DNA of 63,026 nt, filler included, from Pelomyxa schiedti (Eukaryota > Protista > Evosea): NCBI GenBank assembly GCA_020536535.1. It is 10 parts of 10 records of this genome, joined end to end, with 100 filler letters (N's around TTAATTAATTAA, not from the genome) between each part and the next. Parts side by side here need not be neighbours in the genome. Positions count along the whole stretch, not along the records: positions 8,875 to 20,417 come from JAHLWZ010001237.1; positions 20,518 to 22,682 come from JAHLWZ010002096.1; positions 22,783 to 27,649 come from JAHLWZ010001550.1; 7 more parts are not named here. One strand, given 5' to 3'. Under the pieces are notes generated by a model. The model saw only the letters and a list, made by a program, of their open reading frames with translations, was not told the DNA's origin and searched no databases. Of this stretch, positions 11,568 through 23,000 are shown in pieces. The position numbers and the translations under genes are program-made. The first letter of the stretch is position 1. Every line of letters starts with the position of its first letter.

Positions 11568-14419
11568 ATGGTGAACTTCACTATTGACCAACTTCGACGC
11601 ATGATGGACGTCAAGACCAACATTCGCAACATGTCGGTGATCGCACACGTAGACCACGGCAAAACCACGCTGACAGACTCACTTGTGGGAGCCGCCGGCA
11701 TCATCGCACAAAACAAAGTCGGGCAGACATGCTACACACAGACTAGACCAGACGAGATAGGCCGGGGAATCACAATCAAGTCCACTGCTATCTCGATGTA
11801 CTTCCAAATCCCTGAAGACGTTCCTTTGCCCACTGACAGCCAGGTATATTTTTAGTTTGTAGAATAATATTAATTTTATTAACAAAAATTCATTCCCTTA
11901 CTGGCTGACAGGGTCGCGGATTCTTGATCAACTTGATTGATTCACCAGGGCATGTCGATTTTTCGTCTGAGGTAACAGCTGCCCTGAGAGTTACTGATGG
12001 AGCGCTGGTTGTAATAGATTGTGTAGAGGGAGTATGTGTACAAACAGAAACAGTTTTGCGACAGGTATCCTTCTTTCTTGATGCCTCTAAACTAATACCA
12101 TTGCAGGCACTAGGTGAACTTATCAAACCAGTTTTGGTTGTAAATAAAATCGACCGCGTAATTCTCGAGCTGCAGTTGAGTCCGGAAGAAATTTACCAGA
12201 ATTTCTGCAGAGCAATAGAAACAGCAAATGTTGTTATTTCCACCTATAAGCCTGAACAACTCGGTGAAATTGAAGTGTCACCACAAGCGGTAACTAACAT
12301 ATAATACCTTTTGCACTTTATTAATGAAATTGAACAGGGTACTGTTGCATTTGCTAGTGCGATTCAAGGCTGGGCCTTTACCCTGCATGATTTTGCAAAA
12401 ATACTCGCAGCCAAGTTCGGAGTTCCTGCTGACAAGTTGATGGACAAATTGTGGGGTGACAACTTCTGGGATCCCTCTTCAAGAAAATGGAAAAAGACTC
12501 CTGTTGGAGATGATGGTAGCAAACTTCCGCGTGCATTTTGTCAGTTCATCATGGAGCCCATTGTGAAGCTCTGCAAATCTCTGGTTGCTGGAGATAAAAC
12601 TATCTACGACAAGATGCTTACAACAATTGGAGTGACCCTCAAGGCGGAAGAGCGAGAGCTTACCGGAAAGCCTTTAATGAAGGCAGTTATGCAAAAGTGG
12701 TTACCTGCAGCAGACACGTTACTGGAGATGCTTGTGCTGCACCTTCCTTCACCGGCTATTGCTCAAAGATACCGTGTCGAAGTTCTCTACACTGGCCCTC
12801 TGGATGATGCTGTGGCAACTTCGTTCAAGGAATGCAATCCCGACGGGCCACTCCTCATGTACGTAAGTAAGATGGTTCCTGCTGCCGATAAGGGTCGATT
12901 CTATGCTTTCGGCCGCGTATTCTCTGGAACCATAAGAACCGGAATGAAAGTGCGCATCTTGGGCCAGAACTACTCACCGGGAAGAAAGGTAGGCATTCCT
13001 TTTTTTTTCCTATTGACCCATTCTAAACTGTTGGTAGGATGACCTGTTTATCAAGAACGTACAAAGGACAGTTCTGCTCATGGGGCGTACTTCAGAGGCA
13101 GTTGAGGATTGTCCTTGCGGAAACGTTATTGGCCTAGTCGGCATTGACCAGTTCCTCGTCAAGTCGGGCACTCTCACAGATTCTGAAGAAGCCTATCCAG
13201 TTAAGAGCATGAAGTTCAGTGTGTCTCCAGTGGTGCGAGTCGCTGTTGAGACTGTAAATCCAGCGGATCTACCTAAACTAGTGGAGGGTATGAAACGTCT
13301 GGCAAAGAGTGATCAACTTTGCCAGTGCTACATCGAGGACACAGGCGAGCACATTGTCGCAGGTGCAGGAGAGCTACATCTCGAAATTTGTATCAATGAC
13401 TTGCGTGAATTTTGCAATTCAGCTGAAATCAGAACCGGTCCCCCAGTGGTTTCTTTCCGCGAAACCGTCTCTCAAGAATCCAACCAGATGTGCCTGAGCA
13501 AATCTCCAAACAAGCACAACAGACTATTCATGAAGGCACAACCACTTATCACCGAACTTCAGGAAGAAATAGAACTCAATTCATTGGCACTTGATGAACC
13601 AAGAGAAAGAGCACGAAAACTCATAGACAAGTACAACTGGGACGCTACTGATGCCCGCAAGGTGTGGTGCTTTGGTCCCGACAACAAAGGTCCAAACATG
13701 CTAGTTGATGCAACCAAGGGAGTTCAATACCTCGACGAAATTAAAGATCACATGACCAGTGCTTTCCAGGTATGGCTTTTTCCTTACAATTTTCTATCTT
13801 AACGTTGCAACAGTGGGCAATGAAGGATGGACCTCTTTGCAGCGAAAACGTGCGGGGAGTCCGGTTTGACCTCCATGATGTCTCGCTACACACGGATGCA
13901 GTACACAGAGGCGGGGGGCAGATAATACCAACCGCGAAACGCTGCTACCACGGCTGCATGCTCACTGCAGAACCCCGCCTTCTGGAACCCATCTTCCTCG
14001 CCGATATAACCGTAAGCCAACTTCCCGAATATATATATTAATAACAACTATTATTATCACTCCCCGTAGCGATTCTAACTCCAAAAAAACAGGTTCCGGA
14101 AAGTGCTATTGGTGGAATATATGCAGTTCTGAACAAGCGAAGAGGACACGTTATAGGCTCAGAGCAGAGACCAGGGACCCCTCTGCACATGATCAGGGCC
14201 TATCTCCCCGTGCTGGAATCTTTCGGCTTCACGGAAGACCTGCGCAGCCACACCGCGGGCCAGGCGTTCCCACAATGCGTGTTCGACCACTGGTCAGTCC
14301 TCGGAGGCACCGGGGCGAACTCCGAGACCGTCACCAACAAGGTTGTGGCCGACGTTAGACGCCGCAAGGGCCTTTCCCCCTCAATCATGCCCCTTGATCA
14401 CTTCCTTGACAAACTCTAA
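11568..14419 (+). CDS. EEF2: Translation elongation factor 2 (eEF2), multi-exon, somewhat divergent
   Basis: [10 protein letters not shown]..., G1 [53 protein letters not shown], diphthamide loop [19 protein letters not shown] and C-terminal [18 protein letters not shown]...FLDKL*. Confidence 0.97.
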
Positions 14420-14829
14420 GAACCCCCATAAAAAAAACCAGTTTTGTTTTCAAGCTTTTCTTTTGAAATCTGTTGCTCAACGCCAGTAAGCTGGATCAAA
14501 AAGTTGCTTTTTTTCGGGACTTGGTAAAATACAAAAAAGACCAGTGCCCTGAGTGACAACAAGAAACACATGCGAACACTGTGTTGCACACTGTCGTGTT
14601 GCAGTGATTTTTATAGACGTCACACCCCAGAACAGTGGTGGACTTGTCCTGACACCCAAACAAGACCGTCGCACCACCGTGATCGAGGCCACACCCTCCC
14701 CGTTTTTCTCCCTCCAACAACAAAAGCACGGTCACACGACGTTCAGAACGAAACCCAGCTCCCGAAGTTTTTTTGATGGGTTGTCGGCGTCTTGTAAAAA
14801 AATCGGTGCGTGACAAAAAAGGACGGCGT

Positions 14830-15022
14830 GTGCGCGGACGCACCAAAAATTCGATTTTGTGCGTCGTTTTTCTCGGCTCCAGGGCCTCTGTGTGTCCTGG
14901 AAACACGCTCCCCGGGCAGCCCCATCGACGGTCTGCCTGGTCTGCGCACTTCCCGCCAACTTGGAGGCCCCAGTGCGGAGAACCAGGCCCACGCACTTTT
15001 CACTTTTGGTGCGTCCACGCAC
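14830..15022. repeat. 19-bp inverted repeat (1 mismatch) in a CpG-rich intergenic region
   Basis: gtgcgcggacgcaccaaaa (14830-14848) versus ttttggtgcgtccacgcac (15004-15022). Confidence 0.6.
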
Positions 15023-15361
15023 CCACCAAAAATCTCTGCGCTTTTTCGCACACGCTGGTGTTTTTTTTCACGCACCAGTGCGTCCCGTTTTCCTCATAAA
15101 ATTTTCATCATTTTGTTTTTGCAGCCTTGGAGTGCGGGAGCGTGTGGTTCGACGACGGTTAATGGGGCGTGGGTGGGCGTGGTTGGTCAGTGTTGTTGGT
15201 GACAGCTTGAGAAGTGCCACTGAACATTGATTGTGGAAAAAATAACAAGGGAAGTGTGGTTGGGCCACACTGCGACTCACCACTTTCAAACTGTGACTCC
15301 CCACACAAAACAGTCGTTTTGGCATTTTACCCCAAGTCCCGTCTAACGGCCAACCCAAACG

Positions 15362-18300
15362 ATGCACATTTCGTACTTGCCCCCCGGGCAGCAGACGGGG
15401 AGCGTCATGACCGTGTACAACCACCCGCTGGGGAGCGACGGCGTGTACACGGGGCGCCTCGTCAACTACAAGCGCGACGGCCCCGGGCGCCTCGTCACCA
15501 CCGAGACGGTCAGCGTCCGCCCCCTGGCCCTCCGCACCTCCACCTACGACGGCGAGTGGCGCGACGGCGCCCGCCACGGCCGCGGCACCTTATGGTCGAC
15601 CGCGACCGCGACCGGGGCCTCGGCGTCGCCGCCGGGGTCGGCGCCCCCGCCCGCGGCCAGCAAGTGCGGGCCCGCGGCGTCGGCGGGCGGCACGTACGAG
15701 GGGGAGTGGCTGCAGGGCTGCCGCGACGGCTGGGGCACGCTGAGGCTCCCGGACGGCAGCAGCTTCGAGGGCCTGTGGCGCGACGACCGCCGGGCCAAGG
15801 GCACCCGCGCCCACCCAAACGGCGTCGACGTGTTCTACTGCGAGGACTGGAGGTACAGCGAGGCCAACGGCTCCCACGAGATGCACGGGTGGGGGGCGTG
15901 GAGGCGGCGACTCAGGAGGGGAGGCGGAGGGGGAGGCGGGGGATCCCCTGGGGCACCCGGAATGGGCACGGGCACGGGCACGGGCACGGGGACGGGGACG
16001 GGGATTGGGGAGGAGGTGTTGGAGACGGTGTACGAGGGGGGGTGGGACAGCCACCAGATGCACGGGAGGGGGATGTGGAGGTCGCTGGACACGGGCGATG
16101 TGTATTGGGGCGAGATTGACCATGGCAGGAAGTGCGGGATTGGGAGGATGTTGTTTGGGGATTCTAGTGGAATCGGGAGCGGGAGCGGGACCGGTGGTGG
16201 GTGTTATGTGGGAGGGTGGAGGGATGATATGTTCCATGGGAGGGGCGTGAGGATATGGGGTGATGGTACAAAGTACGACGGGGACTGGGAGCGCGGGAAG
16301 GAGCACGGGCGCGGGACAAAGTGGTCGGCTTGCGATGGGACAGTGGTGACCGGCGTGTGGGAGTGTGGGGGGTGTGTACAGGGGATCAAGAAGTGGCCGA
16401 ACGGGGATGAATTTATGGGGGCATTCACTGCCAAGGGTAATTGGCTGGGCACGGCCGTGTTGAAGTGCGGTGGGGAAAGTTCGAAGAAGGTTGTTGGATC
16501 TCTACAAAATGGACTTTTCCAAGAAAGTGGAGGTGGCGCGAGCTTCTACATTGGGTGTGGCGGCGCCCAACTGACTGCCACGGCGGTAGAACAAGAAAAA
16601 GAAATCCGCCAATTGAAGCTCCATATACAGCAACTCTTGGATGAAAAAAAAGCTTATGAAGCGAAAATAAAAGTATTGGAAGAAGGGCATAAACAGGATC
16701 AGGTCAAGCTTTCTGAACAAACAGAATGTTTATCTTCTCTCCCTCTTCTTACTCTTACTCCTTTTCACAGGTATGACACTTCAATCCAGTGAAGTTACCA
16801 AACAGCAAGAATGTGCGTTGTTGTTGCACCATCCCCGTTTCATCTAACAAAATCAGTTGTTGACCACATCTTGCAGCACGTTCAGCAAGGTGTCTGGGTG
16901 AAATCATTGTCACCAGAGTTTAAGAATAACACACACCGACCGCTCAGCGAGAATCTTATGAAAGATGTTGAAGTCGCACTCGAACGGCACAATATCAGAT
17001 TCCAGGAAACATTTTGCAGCAAATGCCCATTTGAAAAGGTAAATTGATAAACCAAAACACAACAAATGGCTTAAAAAAAAAAAGGTTGTGAAGATGGAAA
17101 TTGAAAAGAGATTCGGACTTGATGAAAACCAACAAATTGTCTCTCTTGTTGGTGTTGGGCATGAAGTGCCTCTGCGTGGGACATCTTCAACACTCTCTGA
17201 TTTGGCACCGGGTTTTTTTCCTCACCCCATGTAGCCATTTATTGAAACCAACAACATACAGGTTGCCATCATACACATGTTTGTGTAAAGCTGGAACCTA
17301 TTCAGGTCATTGAAGAGTCAGACCTCCGACTCTCATCGACACTGGGAACTGGCTCCTACGGAACTGTCTTCAAATACATGCTCAATTCAACATCAAATCA
17401 CGTTGCCGTGAAAACTCTCCATGAGGCCATCATGTCTAACTTTCATGCCGACCAATTCAGACTCGAAGCGGAGGTTACAATGGACAATATCAATAAAAGA
17501 CATCTTATAAGGGACAGATTGTCAGCAGCTTGAGGCATCCAAACATTGTAAAGTGCATCGGAACTTGCACGACCGCTTGCGGAAGACTACAGATTGTGTC
17601 CGAACTCCTGTGTTGCAGTCTAAAAGAACTTCTTTCACAGGTTTTGTAGCTCTCAAGTTCAATTGAAAACTAAAACTCTTTTGGTCACAAGAAACGACTA
17701 AACTTCCGGGAAGTTTCCGCCATTGCTCTGGGTGTTGCCAGAGGAATGGACAGCCTTCACAGGTGTGCCACTCTCACTCCACAATAAATTAATTCACGAA
17801 ATACAGGCAAAAATACATGCACCGGGATCTCACCAGCAACAATGTACTCCTGGATTTGGATGGAACTCCAAAAATTTGTGATTTTGGGGTGTCCCGTAGA
17901 ATGCACCAGCAACGCCAAACAACGCCGCGAACAGAAGGTCCCGGAACCCCAGCTTACATGGCCCCACAAATGTTCACTGACAACTACTCAATTGAAGGTG
18001 GTTATTGCCCCCCTTTTTCCTTTTTCTTGGCCAATACCTGACAAGAAAAAAAAAAATTTAGGTGACATTTGGAGCTTTGGGATTCTGGTCGCGGAAATGA
18101 TCCACGGGAAATTTATTGACTCGACCATCCACAGCTTGCCTCTCCGTTCGCAAGCAACTTTTTTGCAAGACCAGAGCCAGGCCCTTTCCGCGGCCGATAT
18201 CCAAGGTTGTGTTTTTACACCCGATCCACTCGTTCATTCACAGTCAAAAAAAAAGAGGTGGGCAGACTGTGTCAAGCATCTAGTGAAGCCACCGTTGCCG

Positions 18301-18777
18301 ATTGGCTCAGCAGAAGAGCCGTGTGCCTTCAGGCCGTTTCAGAGCTTACAACGGCCGATTCGCCGTCGCTGGCGGTGGACAGCGGTTGTGTTTACTCTCC
18401 CACCACAACGGCACTTGGCCTGATGTCCCTTGTGATTCGTTCATGCCTCTCCATTCTCGGTGTGTGAGATTTCCCCACATGTGTGTAACATTTTAAAAAA
18501 AATACTCCCAGAGTGCAACCGGATTCCGTTCACAGTCATTGCGAAGCTGCTGTTCTGCTGCTGCACAGTAGCCACCATGCAACAGCCCACACCACACCAA
18601 AATCAACAGCAACAGCAGGATGAGACTGCCAACCCACCACAACAACCACCATCACAACACAACGCGCCTTTGCCGGGTACTACCGCAACTGATGACCAAG
18701 TGACAGAGAGTATCAGACAGTGGTGTCACTCCCTTTCTCCCTCCATCGTGGCTGCCTCTAAACACTTCAGAACTTGA
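15362..18777 (+). CDS. MORN-repeat, coiled-coil, TKL-type protein kinase
   Basis: MORN repeats (YDGEWRDGARHGRG, YEGEWLQGCRDGWG, YVGGWRDDMFHGRG etc.) and a coiled coil (EQEKEIRQLKLHIQQLL), then spliced kinase exons LGTGSYGTVF, VAVK, LRHPNIV, HRDLTSNNVLL, KICDFGVS, GTPAYMAPQ, DIWSFG. C-terminal end is inferred. Confidence 0.88.
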
Positions 18778-18959
18778 GCTCTCTGACCTGACTGAGATCC
18801 CAGAAAACTTTCCTTCCTGGGTAACACTATGACCTCCTCCTCCTTGCCAAAACATACAGTTGACCTGTCAGAGCAGAGCACTGGTCCTAAATGGCACATC
18901 TCTCAATGGGAGCTGCCGAACGATCACTTTTCTTTGACTGATAACGTGAACGAGTCCTG

Positions 18960-19946
18960 ATGCAGCAGTGGCAGCGGGCACGAGAACAACTGCTTGCTTT
19001 GGTGATGGCGTCCCACAATCGGTGTGGCGCAGCGAGCCCGGCACGCCACTTTGCGTCCATGGCGCCGCTCGCTACGGCGCCGTTGTGGGACTGGTGCCGC
19101 CGAGACACCGAGGTCGTCTTCAAAGTCGGCGCGTGGCGCGGATGTGCGTACCACCACTACTCGTTTGGGATCTCTGCCTCTTTGATGAGTGTCACCAGGG
19201 ACGTGAGCGATTGCGACTCGGAGCCATCCCACAAGTGGCAGCTGCGGTACGGCGCGGGAGACGAAACCATGACTGTGATCGACTTGGTGAACGTGGATGG
19301 CGTTCCTGTCGACATGAGGGTGCTGAACTCCGATTATGGGTGCTCGACCAACGGCTCCTTGGGAATTTCCTTCAACAGGCAGTTTCCAGATGAGGTTCTT
19401 TTTGTGGTGCTGCCAAATGATTCAGATACATCACAGTATCTCCTCATTGTGATTGATGTGAGCAAGAGCTTCACAACCAGCAGAGTGGCTGTGTTGAGTG
19501 TTACAAAGGTGCCAGGATTTATGTATGAAACTTTGCTTCTCTACAGAACCCTGTTCATGAACAGAGCCAATGGTGACCGAATTTTTATTTGCCCACGAGA
19601 CAATGGCGATGTGTATGAATTTGCAGAAGGCTCAGGAACTGGTACACTGATAGCCAGACAACCAGGGTGTCTTTACTTGTCACAGCTGGGAACCTTCCTC
19701 TTTTGCATCTCCAAGCGTGATTGCACCATTGAAATCTGGGACTGCAGCAGGAGAACCACCCAACAACTGAGAGTTCTCACAGCCAGGAACAATTGCCCCA
19801 CAGCTGTTATTGGACATGCTGGGTTCCTCTTCCAAAGGCAACTAGATTGGTCAAAGAAATCTCTGGATGTGACTGACTCAACTGGTGTGTTCCTTGGCAC
19901 CATCACATTACCCACTGTAATAGATTCCTTCTATGTCACATCATGA
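18960..19946 (+). CDS. Lineage-specific single-exon hypothetical protein (ARxQ-motif family, member 2)
   Basis: 328-aa ORF starting MQQWQRAREQLLALVMASHNRCGAASPARHF; beta-rich C-terminal part with an IEIWD WD-like ending. Confidence 0.8.
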   Translation: MQQWQRAREQLLALVMASHNRCGAASPARHFASMAPLATAPLWDWCRRDTEVVFKVGAWRGCAYHHYSFGISASLMSVTRDVSDCDSEPSHKWQLRYGAGDETMTVIDLVNVDGVPVDMRVLNSDYGCSTNGSLGISFNRQFPDEVLFVVLPNDSDTSQYLLIVIDVSKSFTTSRVAVLSVTKVPGFMYETLLLYRTLFMNRANGDRIFICPRDNGDVYEFAEGSGTGTLIARQPGCLYLSQLGTFLFCISKRDCTIEIWDCSRRTTQQLRVLTARNNCPTAVIGHAGFLFQRQLDWSKKSLDVTDSTGVFLGTITLPTVIDSFYVTS

Positions 19947-21374
19947 GAGGGACTGAGACAGATCTACTAAGCCACTGTAACCAGCTCAAGGAATAAAAGA
20001 CTTCAACAGCACTGTTGGAAAGAAATTAGACTGTTTTTGCTCAAGGGTGCAGAGAAACCTGGAGTTGTTTCTTGGTTCTCAATCACACTGGGGAGGATTA
20101 ATGATCCAGACCACTTCACAAGCATAGTGTGCTCTGTTGGTGTCCAAGACCACTGTACTATTAGTTGCTTCTATGTCTAATCAGATTGTCATTGCCTTAC
20201 AGAATATCTGAGTCTACTTTTAGACTGTACACCAAGTACCAGGCAAAACCAAACATAATAAACACACATAAAAAGGAAACCACCCAACAAGGAGCAAACA
20301 TGGGCATCGTTTTTGTGCTGTGGAATTGCTCCTTATGTTCAAAAGCAATGTGTATTTTTTGGCGTCGGTCGCTATATGAGGCGTTTCGTGGCCATGGAAG
20401 AGTTTCTTTTGGTGGAGNNNNNNNNNNNNNNNNNNNNNNNNNNNNNNNNNNNNNNNNNNNNTTAATTAATTAANNNNNNNNNNNNNNNNNNNNNNNNNNN
20501 NNNNNNNNNNNNNNNNNAAGAAACTGGCCATGGCCATCGAGAGGAAATCTGAGGGGGCTGCAACGTATGGACGAAAAGCACCAAAGAATCTATGGTTTGA
20601 AACAAGAGCCAATGGACAATTCAATTTGATGACACTGAGTGATCAACGAGCAACAAACTCCAAGGAAGCACCATACAAAATGAAGAAGTGATTGATCATT
20701 GCTATGTACTGTGGCCAAAAATCGCACATTCAAAAAAAATATGCCTGCCACAACATTGTATGCACTGACGACAAGACATTACCCTTAGTGTCATGTCAGT
20801 TTTTGTCGTTCACATTTGGTGGTACAGTAAATGGCAAAACCATTGTTTGACATAGAATTGAAAACTTGTTGTTAAAGATCAACTTCCCCGAAATCAAATT
20901 GATAATTTTGTGTTGAGAGGCGAGTGACACAGGTAACCAACCTCACTGTCCATTTTTTTATTGAGAAGGTGGGGAGAGAAAGAGTGGAATGTGTGCATAA
21001 AGAAATAGCCCTTGCCATTACTGGGAGATCATGCTTTGCAGAAACAACTTGCAATGGAGAAAATCTGATACTGAGTCCCTTGTTTGGATGGCCTTCAAGC
21101 AATTCACATTTTTTTTGGTGCTCTTTTGTGGTTTTCGTTCAAGGCAATTTGATGGCACCTAGTGCTCAACAATGGCAGGAAACCCAAGCAAGCACCCAAC
21201 TCAATGAAGAGATTCAAGCACTGGTGGCTCTGTGGTGACATATGACACGAAACAGTCAACAAATTATGCTGTGACCAATGTTTTATGCATATATGGAAAC
21301 ACTTTAGCATCAATGCCATGTCAGTTTCTGTCGTTGTCATCAGGCCACACATCAAACAGCGAAATTGATGCAAA

Positions 21375-22580
21375 AAAATCGACTTAGAAATTTTTTTTTT
21401 TTGAAGAATTTTTCTTCAGAAAAAAAATTTCTAAGTCGATTTTGCAAACTTTTCACAATTAAGTGCACTGTGAAGCTCCCCCCACAGATTACACTATCCA
21501 GCTTGTGCTAAGATGTTGCCTTCAATGCACACAGCCTCTTCCAATGCATTTTCTCTGGCTTTGGAGGTAAGAGACTGGATCACAAAGTATTGATGAGGAG
21601 CTCCAGTCATTTACTTATTTGCTTCCTTATTTTTTGCATCATTGAGGATGATGTTGTGCACCCAAGTTGTCTGTGGCATTGGCAGTCCATTGTAACTGCC
21701 AGTTTTTTGACCCACAGTGTCCACACACCAAAAACTGTTGATCATTTTTTTGGTAAATTAATTTGACTTTGTTTTTTTTTTTTTGAAGAAAAATTCTTCG
21801 GAAAAAAAAAACTAAGTCAAAAAAAAAGGGGGAAAAAGTTGATGATCGATTTTTACCATCAGAGAGCGACAAAGCACGATATGAACTGCGTCAACGAATT
21901 ACCAATGACCCAGGCAGTTCACATGCACCAAATGTTCCACAATTGTGCCACACATCTCCAAACAAATGACTAAATGCAGAAACTGTTGAATCACCACAGT
22001 GTCATGGTGTCCACTGCTCTTCAATTAAAGTAAAACACATTGTCCAGTGCAGTCTGCATTTAAGGAAACACTTTTACATGAATGGCACGTTGATAACAAC
22101 AGGCAGAACAGTGCAGTACACTCACTGTCACAAAGTCAAAAAATCTGACTTCAAAATTTTTTTTTTGTGAAGAATTTTTCTTCACAATTTTTTTTTCTAA
22201 GTCAAATCTGTCCAAGGAAAAAATTTATCATCATTTTTTGCCATCCAGACACCTGAAGATCAGAGTGTCAACAGTGCCAAGGCACTACCAATGACCCAGG
22301 CAATTCGGCTGTGCTCACTTGTTCACAATGGTGCAACACCTGCACAAACAGACAAGTCAATGCACAATTATGTCAAAGACTGCTCTGTGGTGTGGTCTGT
22401 CCCTCTTCATGCAAAGGAAAACGCTTTGAATGACGTTCCCTGTGTTGAAGGGAACATTTTGACATGAAGGGCACACTGATAGTGATCTGTGCCATTTAGC
22501 AAAACACCAAATGGCTCACAGTACAAAAAAACGACTTGAAAAAATATTTTCGATTTGAAAACAGAATTTCTAAGTGAACA
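21375..22580. repeat. Degenerate ~385-bp tandem array; each unit has a palindromic hairpin
   Basis: GACTT-led hairpins at 21381, 21765, 22147 and 22533. The first has perfect 23-bp outer arms (21375-21397/21421-21443). ACCAATGACCCAGGCA is shared at 21901 and about 22287. Confidence 0.75.
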
Positions 22581-23000
22581 TTGGGAATTGATTGAAGGGA
22601 TGGTCAGTTATTTGTGTCCTAAGGACACATCAAATCAAGCTGGCAACAGTGGGAAGTGGTTGACAACATTGTAGGTCACATANNNNNNNNNNNNNNNNNN
22701 NNNNNNNNNNNNNNNNNNNNNNNNNNTTAATTAATTAANNNNNNNNNNNNNNNNNNNNNNNNNNNNNNNNNNNNNNNNNNNNAGCTGTGGCTTGGCCTGA
22801 CTGATGATTGAAATGAAACACTCACTCAATCGGAACACTAAAACCAATTATTAAGTGCCTCGCAGTTGCAAACTCCAACGTCAGGGCCATCGGCTCCAAA
22901 ACGATTCGTGCTCTTGATGTTGATGATCATTTTGAGTTACGCGAAAGGTACCCGTGGTGAGAAATTGTGCTGTGGAATGGGTTTGATAAAAAGAAATCAT

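Noticed and set aside
15068-16306. Long overlapping alternative-frame and antisense ORFs over GC-rich exons (also 34762-35339, 32644-33009, 23577-24531)
   Set aside because: Expected from stop-codon scarcity at very high GC; products are Arg/Pro/Gly low-complexity.
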